Below the pieces are notes generated by a model. It did no database searches. It saw only the letters and a list, made by a program, of their open reading frames with translations, and was not told the DNA's origin. DNA of 64,000 nt from an uncultured Bacteroidales bacterium. Lineage in GTDB: Bacteria; Bacteroidota; Bacteroidia; Bacteroidales; UBA1402. Positions 26,095 to 32,347 of the stretch are shown piece after piece. Position 1 is the stretch's first letter; every line of letters starts with the position of its first letter. The stretch is taken from positions 1,686,808 through 1,750,807 of the forward strand of contig OW818699.1 of NCBI GenBank assembly GCA_942493385.1, written 5' to 3'. A program made the translations under genes and the position numbers.

Positions 26095-26650
26095 TGGTAT
26101 CGGATGCTACAGTGGAAATGGTATAAGTAACAATAATAGTTGCACTTCTAAGGATTGGCGCGTTTGGGATGGCCTTGTAAACGTATCGGATAACATAACC
26201 GTCATCCTCCGTTTTTCCCGACCAACAGGTTCCAATTCCTTCTGCAAGAGTTACTTCCGTTTCGTTCGAAAGTAGTTTTTCGCCCGTAAGAGAACCTCGA
26301 TTTTCTGGATAAACAAAATTACCGTTAGGTTCCTTCAATTCTACATGAAGTGTAGTGCCAACCAATGCCTCCGAAATTTTGGCGGTGATGGCTCTCGTTT
26401 CGCCGTTATTTACAAGTGACGAAATCCTTAATCGAGACTTGTCATTCTCGGCAGCTTGTTGAATCGCATCACCAGCCTCAACAGCACCCGCCAATATCAA
26501 CTTGACGGGTGGCCCTGCTACAGCCAGTAAAGCAGACCCAGCTACTTGGAGGTCAATGGATTGTGTAACAACCCTTGTGTCCTGAGCATAGACTGATAAG
26601 GGCATCAGCAATAAGGAAAGACCTATAAAATATACAAATACCCTTTTCAT
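26087..26650 (-). CDS. Secreted pilin-like paralogue P2
   Basis: Start taken at the ATG at 26650 (MKRVFVYFIGLSLLLMPLSVYAQ); the track begins at a TTG at 26671. Motifs are RLRISS, TRAITAKI, TCWSGKTEDDGY and IIVTYTIS. Confidence 0.5.
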   Translation of the reverse strand: MKRVFVYFIGLSLLLMPLSVYAQDTRVVTQSIDLQVAGSALLAVAGPPVKLILAGAVEAGDAIQQAAENDKSRLRISSLVNNGETRAITAKISEALVGTTLHVELKEPNGNFVYPENRGSLTGEKLLSNETEVTLAEGIGTCWSGKTEDDGYVIRYVYKAIPNAPILRSATIIVTYTISTVASDTNV

Positions 26651-26727
26651 AGTCGATATCATATCATACAATGTCTCTCAAACCTTAAAAGGTTCTAAAG
26701 ACATTTGAAAAAAAATTAACAACGAAA

Positions 26728-27324
26728 TTATACCGCTGCTGTGATCGTGTATGTAATGACTATGTTTTGACTTTGCATGAAGGTCGCATCGGCTTTTTTG
26801 GCATATCTATATGTTACAGTATAACCATCATTGTCACCCATGCCCGACCAGCAAGTTGTTATGTCAGAAACTATCGTCTTGCTCGAACCATCTGTCAATT
26901 CTTGTTCTGTAGCAGGTGTACCACCATTGGCTACTGCTGGAAGAAAACTTTCTGGTTTGGTGAGTGAAACGAAAAATTGGGTACCTGTATTTGTGATTGC
27001 AGGGGAAATGCTTGCAGTAATAGTCCTCGTTTTTCCACTCTCAACCAGGGAAGATATCCTAAGTCTCGTGTCCGAATTGCTGGCCTGATCCATGACGGCC
27101 GCACCAGCTTGTGTTGCTCCGGACAAGGACATCGAAACAGCTGTGGAAGTACCAGCATTAATGTTTGTATTGAAAACAGCCAACAATGCGGAGCCATTTA
27201 CTTGAAGGGCGATGTTCTGTGAGACATCAGCGCCGGAATTCCCTGGGTTTTGTGCCGTCGCGATCATAGGCAAAGTAGTGCCGATAAGTAAAGCGATGCA
27301 TTTTAATAACGATGTTTTTTTCAT
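26728..27324 (-). CDS. Secreted pilin-like paralogue P3
   Basis: 198 aa with signal peptide ...IATAQ. Motifs are RLRISS, TRTITASI, TCWSGMGDNDGY and NIVITYTITAAV. Confidence 0.5.
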   Translation of the reverse strand: MKKTSLLKCIALLIGTTLPMIATAQNPGNSGADVSQNIALQVNGSALLAVFNTNINAGTSTAVSMSLSGATQAGAAVMDQASNSDTRLRISSLVESGKTRTITASISPAITNTGTQFFVSLTKPESFLPAVANGGTPATEQELTDGSSKTIVSDITTCWSGMGDNDGYTVTYRYAKKADATFMQSQNIVITYTITAAV

Positions 27325-27409
27325 TTTATTGAATGTTTTAGCTTTTGGATGTTTCTCAGTTTATATCAACGACTTTGTAATGAGCAAAAGATAAGCCGAG
27401 ACTTCCAAA

Positions 27410-28006
27410 TTATACTTCGGCAGTAATTGTATAGGTGATGACGATGTTCTGACTTTGTAGGAAAGTAGCATCAACTTTCTTGGCATAACGGTAAGTGACA
27501 ACGTAACCATCCGTTGCACCTGTACCTGACCAGCAGGTTGTAATGGCAGAAACGACAGTCTTGGTTGTTCCGTCAGTCAGTTCTTGTTCAGCTGCAGCAG
27601 TTCCACCATTGGCAGCAACAGGTTGAAAGGTTCCGGGTCTTGTCAGTGCAACAAAAAACTGTGTTCCAGAAGTTGTAATTGCTGGAGCGATGGCTGCAGT
27701 AATGGTTCTGGTCTTGCCGCTTTCAACAAGTGACGAAATTCTAAGTCTGGTGTCAGCGTTTGTGGTTTGATCCAAAATGGCCGCACCAGCTTGTGTGGCA
27801 CCGGTCAATGACATGGAAACAGCCGTAGAAGTTCCTGCATCGGCATTGGTGTTTACAACCGCCAATAGAGCAGACCCGTCTACTTTAAGTGTAATATCCT
27901 GTGTAACAGTTGCAGCAGATCCGCCGGGATTTTGAGCGGAAGCGAAGAGGGGCATGGCTAAACAAGTCAATAATGCGATGCTTTTGACCAATGAAGACTT
28001 TTTCAT
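27410..28006 (-). CDS. Secreted pilin-like paralogue P4 (candidate major subunit)
   Basis: 198 aa with 146/198 identical positions to P3 by ungapped hand alignment. It follows a 312-bp regulatory gap that has its own -7 box. Confidence 0.5.
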   Translation of the reverse strand: MKKSSLVKSIALLTCLAMPLFASAQNPGGSAATVTQDITLKVDGSALLAVVNTNADAGTSTAVSMSLTGATQAGAAILDQTTNADTRLRISSLVESGKTRTITAAIAPAITTSGTQFFVALTRPGTFQPVAANGGTAAAEQELTDGTTKTVVSAITTCWSGTGATDGYVVTYRYAKKVDATFLQSQNIVITYTITAEV

Positions 28007-28057
28007 AATTTTTGTGTATTAAAATGATTGAAATTTGAGTTGCTATTTTATGGTTTA

Positions 28058-28065
28058 CAAAGATA
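28058..28065 (-). promoter_or_regulatory. -7 box TATCTTTG upstream of P4
   Basis: The minus-strand sequence matches TAnnTTTG, 52 nt upstream of the ATG at 28006. Confidence 0.35.
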
Positions 28066-28079
28066 GGTCAGAAAAACAG

Positions 28080-28106
28080 TTATGTACACTAGGTTTCCGT
28101 ACATAA
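28080..28106. promoter_or_regulatory. 8-bp perfect inverted repeat TTATGTAC-N11-GTACATAA
   Basis: Read directly. It overlaps the expected -33 region of the P4 promoter. On the minus strand it is followed by ACTGTTTTTC, so an operator or a weak terminator are both possible. Confidence 0.3.
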
Positions 28107-28318
28107 AAGATACGAAGTACCATTCTTTAAGGATACAAAGAGGAAACATGTTCCTAAGCATATCACTAGGCAAACCTAAATCATTTTTAGCAATGACAAC
28201 CATGGTATTTGCCTGATTATACTTCAGGATTACAGATATTTAGTATCAGTAAAATCCTTAGAAAAGACTTCCTCTTTTAAGAAGTTAAAAGTAGTCAAAA
28301 ATATTAACAGTCAGATAA

Positions 28319-28891
28319 TCAATTGCTTGTTATCGTGTATGTGACTGTTATCGGTGCATTGGCTATCGCTCTAAGTAGAGCATAGTTCGCTGGATCAACA
28401 CTCCAGTAGTAGGTGAGGTTGAACCCATTTGTTGACGAAGATCCGGTATACCCACTGCCAATGCTGTTTATAAGCGTTGTGTTGATATTCTTGAGCAAAG
28501 TGATCTGGCCCGATGGTGTTCCGCGGTTACCAGAACCTGAAGAAGAGCTAGACGCAGTCAGTTTGAGGAGCGTACCGGCAGGTACAAATCCGCTAGTGAC
28601 GGATGCCATGATCCTTCGAGTTTGGTTGGCTGGAGCAATGGATGTTAATTGCAAGTAAGATGCATTATTTGTTTTTGGAGAAGTTGTTTCCCCTGCAACT
28701 GAGGCCAATAAGTTCATACTGATTGTAGTCAAAGGATTAATTCGGATAAGGCTCACATCATTGATGGTTATAGTGAACACATTAGTAGTATAGACCTGAG
28801 CAGTTGCTTTTCCGTACAAGACCAGTGAAAGAACGATAAACAAAAGATACTTCCACCTATAGGTTGAATTTCGAATGGTGGTGTTATTCAT
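28319..28891 (-). CDS. Secreted pilin-like paralogue P5 (divergent, Cys-less motif)
   Basis: Signal peptide ...GKATAQ. Motifs are TRRIMASV, GSGYTGSSSTNGF and PITVTYTITSN. Its ATG overlaps the P6 stop (ATGAATAA). Confidence 0.45.
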   Translation of the reverse strand: MNNTTIRNSTYRWKYLLFIVLSLVLYGKATAQVYTTNVFTITINDVSLIRINPLTTISMNLLASVAGETTSPKTNNASYLQLTSIAPANQTRRIMASVTSGFVPAGTLLKLTASSSSSGSGNRGTPSGQITLLKNINTTLINSIGSGYTGSSSTNGFNLTYYWSVDPANYALLRAIANAPITVTYTITSN

Positions 28892-29453
28892 CTGAATTGA
28901 TTGTATAAATTACACGAATACGTAAATTGGCAAGTAGTTCGCTTTGAATGTAATCCGGATCATAGCCCGGTTTGAGTTCCCATGAAAAAGTTAGCAAGTG
29001 CCCTTTGTTATCTCCTTGGCCAGTGTAACAAGATCCAATATCTGTGATGATTGCCTGAGGTGCCGTAGATAAATAGATGGGAATGGCCGGTTTCCCAACT
29101 TGCCCGTAACCGGCACCGATATCTGGTCCGACTTTCAGCTTAATGGCGATTTCAGCAGGTAAGTCGCCTGAAGCAAGGCTTGCACAAATCGTATTGGTTG
29201 AATTGCTTACGATGACAGAGGAATAATTAATCCAAATCGTATCCACGGTCGATGGCGCTAGTTTCCGATCTTTGCCTTCGCCAGTGAAAAGAGAGAACTT
29301 GAGTTCGGAAGATCCCATGCTCAACTTGGCGCTTGGTGGTATGGCCATTTGGACCGGCAATTTGCCAGTGTTGTCGTTCTCTTGAGCTTGCAGGCGGAAG
29401 TCTGCAACAATCAAAAGCAATGTGAACATAAATACGTTGTACGTCATTCTCAT
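28884..29453 (-). CDS. Secreted pilin-like paralogue P6 (divergent)
   Basis: Start taken at the ATG at 29453 (MRMTYNVFMFTLLLIVADFRLQAQ), preceded by AAGGAGG-caag; the track begins at a TTG at 29474. Motifs are SCYTGQGDNKGH and RIRVIYTINSDE. Confidence 0.45.
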   Translation of the reverse strand: MRMTYNVFMFTLLLIVADFRLQAQENDNTGKLPVQMAIPPSAKLSMGSSELKFSLFTGEGKDRKLAPSTVDTIWINYSSVIVSNSTNTICASLASGDLPAEIAIKLKVGPDIGAGYGQVGKPAIPIYLSTAPQAIITDIGSCYTGQGDNKGHLLTFSWELKPGYDPDYIQSELLANLRIRVIYTINSDE

Positions 29454-29463
29454 CTTGCCTCCT

Positions 29464-30096
29464 TTAATATACAATGCCTTGCTTCATAGCATACTTGACC
29501 AGTTGGGCTAAGTTGTCAAACCCCATTTTGTCAAAGATGTTCTGTTTGTGTGTTCCAACCGTCTTAATGCTGATATAAAGAGATTCGGAAACTTCACGTA
29601 CAGATCTACCCTCAGCCAAAAGCCCTAGTATTTGTGTTTCCCGTTTTGTCAAAGTGGCAGATAAATTGGTGTTCCTTCCAAGGTATTCATCGATGATAAT
29701 GCTTTCAACATCCATACCCACTGCCTTTTTTCCATTATTTATTTGCCTGATGCCGTTCAATAAGTGTTCGAAAGTGCAGTTCTTCAAGTAATATCCATGA
29801 ACACCGGCTGTCAACGCTCCTTTAATATGTATTTTTTCAGAATGTGATGTTAATGCAATTATTTTGCAATTTGGGTGCTCCATCAGGATCATCTGAGTTG
29901 TTTCAATGCCCTTCAACCGAGGTAGACATATATCCATGATTACCATATTCGGTCGCTTTTCTTTTACCCTTGAAAGAACTTCAACCTGATCCTCTGCTTC
30001 TCCGATGGCTTCAATATCGTCGGTTTCGCTGAATCTGTAGGCAAGAAGTTCCCTGAACAACTTATTATCATCTGCAAGTAAAACAGATATCTTCAT
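29464..30096 (-). CDS. Response regulator, NarL/FixJ (LuxR-type HTH) family, no adjacent kinase
   Basis: Receiver domain (LLADDN..., MVIMDICLP, KIIALTSH) plus a C-terminal LuxR HTH (LTKRETQILGLLAEGRSVREVSESLYISIKTVGTHKQNIF). Confidence 0.85.
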   Translation of the reverse strand: MKISVLLADDNKLFRELLAYRFSETDDIEAIGEAEDQVEVLSRVKEKRPNMVIMDICLPRLKGIETTQMILMEHPNCKIIALTSHSEKIHIKGALTAGVHGYYLKNCTFEHLLNGIRQINNGKKAVGMDVESIIIDEYLGRNTNLSATLTKRETQILGLLAEGRSVREVSESLYISIKTVGTHKQNIFDKMGFDNLAQLVKYAMKQGIVY

Positions 30097-30156
30097 AGTA
30101 TGATGGTATGCTTAGTTGCTGAGAGCTTGATTTGGTCTGGAAATCATCCCTTGCAA

Positions 30157-30164
30157 CAAAAATA
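30157..30164 (-). promoter_or_regulatory. -7 box TATTTTTG upstream of the response-regulator gene
   Basis: The minus-strand sequence matches TAnnTTTG, 61 nt upstream of the ATG at 30096. Confidence 0.3.
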
Positions 30165-30316
30165 CGTATAAAATAGAACTTGTGGTCATTATTGCCTAAA
30201 AAGTTTGGGTGGATCGAAGTGAATACGGTCGTGTTATCGAACAGTGAGTAGTAGGTTCATTCCAATAAAATGTTGTTAAACATACTTTTCCCCCACTCAT
30301 TTTCACTTTCCTTTAC

Positions 30317-30324
30317 TATTTTTG
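30317..30324 (+). promoter_or_regulatory. -7 box TATTTTTG upstream of the PUL regulator gene
   Basis: Matches TAnnTTTG, 51 nt upstream of the ATG at 30375. Confidence 0.35.
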
Positions 30325-30330
30325 TTCAGT

Positions 30331-30354
30331 ATAGAACAGCATAGAACAGCATAG
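30331..30354 (+). repeat. Tandem 10-bp direct repeat ATAGAACAGC x2.4
   Basis: Reads atagaacagc atagaacagc atag and begins 6 nt after the -7 box. Confidence 0.8.
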
Positions 30355-30374
30355 CTCAAAAAACAAGTAAGTAT

Positions 30375-31358
30375 ATGGAAGTCAATTTCTTGTCAAATTC
30401 GACCAAGGTTAGGCAGATGGCGGAAGCCATTCGTATGGCCATCTCGCAAGGGGAATTCTCGGAGGGTGAGATGCTACCGTCCATCAATCAGATCAGTTCG
30501 AAATACAATGTGGCCCGCGATACGGCTTTCAAGGCATTTCAGGAATTGAAGCTGAAGGGAGTCATCGAATCGGCACCTACGAAAGGGTATTATGTATCGT
30601 CTTCAGTCAATAACATTCTGGTTTTGCTGGATATTTTCAGCCCCTATAAGAACGACCTTTACAATGCCCTGACCAAGAATCTGGGACCCCACAACCGGCT
30701 GGACCTGTATTTCCACCATTACAATGAGGCGCATTTCAACAACGTCATCATGAACAGTTTGGGCAAGTACAACCGGTACCTCATCATGAATCTTAAGAAC
30801 GACGTTTATTCTACGGTGCTTGACAACATTGACAAGAGTCGCATCCTGCTGCTGGACTTTGGGAAGTTCAACAAGGACGGTTTTGCGTATGTGTGCCAAG
30901 GTTTCGATACGACCTTGTATGAATGCCTGCAATCGGGAGTGGAGCTTTTCAGAAAATACAAGAAACTGAATTTTATATTTCCGTTGGATTCTGAGCATCC
31001 CAGAGGCGGTATTCAGTACTATGAGCAGTTCTGCAAGGAAAATCATATTAAGAGCAATCTGGTGAAGCGGCATGTGCAGGAATCGGATTTGGTGAAGGGA
31101 GAGGCCAACCTCATCGTTTCGCACGGGGATCTCATCGAGGCCATCAAAATTTGTAAGAACAATGGCTGGAAATTGGGGGAAGACATTGGGATAGTGACTT
31201 TCAACGATGCGCCCATGTTGGAAGTCATTGAAAACGGCATCACGTCCATTTCGGTGGATTTCAAGCAAATGGGGGCGCTGGCTGCCCGTTTCATCAACAA
31301 CAACGAACGCCTGCAAACGTATGTGCCGACCAAGCTCATCGTTCGCGGCTCGCTTTAA
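30375..31358 (+). CDS. GntR-type HTH / periplasmic-binding-protein (LacI-like sugar-binding) hybrid transcriptional regulator
   Basis: N-terminal GntR wHTH (LPSINQISSKYNVARDTAFKAFQELKLKGVIESAPTKGYYV). The ~250-aa C-terminal domain has the PBP type I pattern. Confidence 0.65.
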   Translation: MEVNFLSNSTKVRQMAEAIRMAISQGEFSEGEMLPSINQISSKYNVARDTAFKAFQELKLKGVIESAPTKGYYVSSSVNNILVLLDIFSPYKNDLYNALTKNLGPHNRLDLYFHHYNEAHFNNVIMNSLGKYNRYLIMNLKNDVYSTVLDNIDKSRILLLDFGKFNKDGFAYVCQGFDTTLYECLQSGVELFRKYKKLNFIFPLDSEHPRGGIQYYEQFCKENHIKSNLVKRHVQESDLVKGEANLIVSHGDLIEAIKICKNNGWKLGEDIGIVTFNDAPMLEVIENGITSISVDFKQMGALAARFINNNERLQTYVPTKLIVRGSL

Positions 31359-31368
31359 AATAAAAAAC

Positions 31369-32277
31369 ATGAAAAAACTGAAGGGAATCATTCCCCCTAT
31401 GATCACGCCGTTGCTGGACAACGACCGCTTGGATGTGAAAGGGGCCGAAAGGCTCATCGAGCACATGATAGCCGGTGGCATCCATGGACTTTTCATCCTC
31501 GGAACCACGGGTGAAGCACCCAGCCTGAGCTACCACCTGCGTTATCAGTTGGTGGAACTGGTCTGCAAGCAAGTGGCAGGTCGGATTCCCGTACTGGTGG
31601 GGATTACGGATACCTCGCTTTATGAAAGCGTGAAACTGGCTGAGCATTCCAAGCTTTGCGGAGCCTATGCCGTCGTTTCGGCACCACCGTATTATTATGC
31701 GCCTTCCCAACAAGAGTTGATCGAATACTACGAAAACCTGGCCGATGCGCTTCCGTTGCCTCTTTTCTTGTACAACATGCCCTCGCATGTCAAGGTTTCG
31801 TTCGAACCGGCCACGGTGAAAGCCATCGCACAGCATCCCAATGTGATAGGGCTCAAGGACAGTTCAGGCATCATGGTTTATTTTCATACCTTGATCCAGA
31901 TCATGAAGGACCAGCCCGATTTCTCTTTGCTGGTAGGTCCAGAAGAATTAACGGCCGAAGCGGTGCTTTTGGGTGCCGACGGTGGAGTAAACGGAGGGGC
32001 CAACATGTTTCCGAAACTCTATGTGGATTTATACAATGCCGCAGTTGACCGGGATATCGACCGGGTAAATGAGCTGCAGGTGCAGGTAATGGAAATTAGC
32101 AACACCATCTATAAGGTGGGCCGATATGGCTCGAGTTATTTGAAAGGGGTGAAGTGCACGTGCTCGCTTCTTGGTCTTTGTTCCGATTTCATGGCTGCGC
32201 CTTACCGTAAATTCCGACAGGAAGAACGGGATAAGGTGAAAGCGGTTTTGGAACGCCTGGGTTATAAAATTGCTTGA
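31369..32277 (+). CDS. DapA/dihydrodipicolinate-synthase-family class I aldolase or dehydratase
   Basis: Start at the ATG at 31369 (MKKLKGIIPPMITP). Has the GTTGE motif and the Schiff-base Lys context IGLKDSSG. Confidence 0.75.
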   Translation: MKKLKGIIPPMITPLLDNDRLDVKGAERLIEHMIAGGIHGLFILGTTGEAPSLSYHLRYQLVELVCKQVAGRIPVLVGITDTSLYESVKLAEHSKLCGAYAVVSAPPYYYAPSQQELIEYYENLADALPLPLFLYNMPSHVKVSFEPATVKAIAQHPNVIGLKDSSGIMVYFHTLIQIMKDQPDFSLLVGPEELTAEAVLLGADGGVNGGANMFPKLYVDLYNAAVDRDIDRVNELQVQVMEISNTIYKVGRYGSSYLKGVKCTCSLLGLCSDFMAAPYRKFRQEERDKVKAVLERLGYKIA

Positions 32278-32347
32278 ACGAAGTGATTTTCTCCATTCAT
32301 AAATCAATGACTATTTCGACAGAAGTCTTTACACGAATAATTTTAAA

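Noticed and set aside
28048-28203. 51-codon minus-strand small ORF (MVVIAKNDLGLPSDML...) within the 312-bp gap upstream of P4.
   Set aside because: It overlaps the predicted -7 box and dyads, has no start context or recognisable motif, and is below any confidence threshold. It is probably a chance ORF in AT-rich DNA.
28007-28318. Possible invertible-promoter (fimbrial phase-variation shufflon) structure flanking the P4 promoter.
   Set aside because: I looked for inverted repeats at the two ends of the gap and found only a weak AATTTTTG/AATATTTTTG similarity. No site-specific recombinase gene is present in the window.
30331-30354. The short tandem repeats at 30331, 44901 and 49885 as a CRISPR array or minisatellite.
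   Set aside because: Only 2-4 units of 5-10 bp are present, with no spacers and no cas genes. Their position just after -7 boxes points to operators or leader elements.
18598-30370. Mobile-element boundaries for the low-G+C island (integrase, tRNA target, flanking direct repeats, transposase).
   Set aside because: I could not recognise any of these. The island call rests on composition only, so it is reported as a finding and not annotated as a mobile element.
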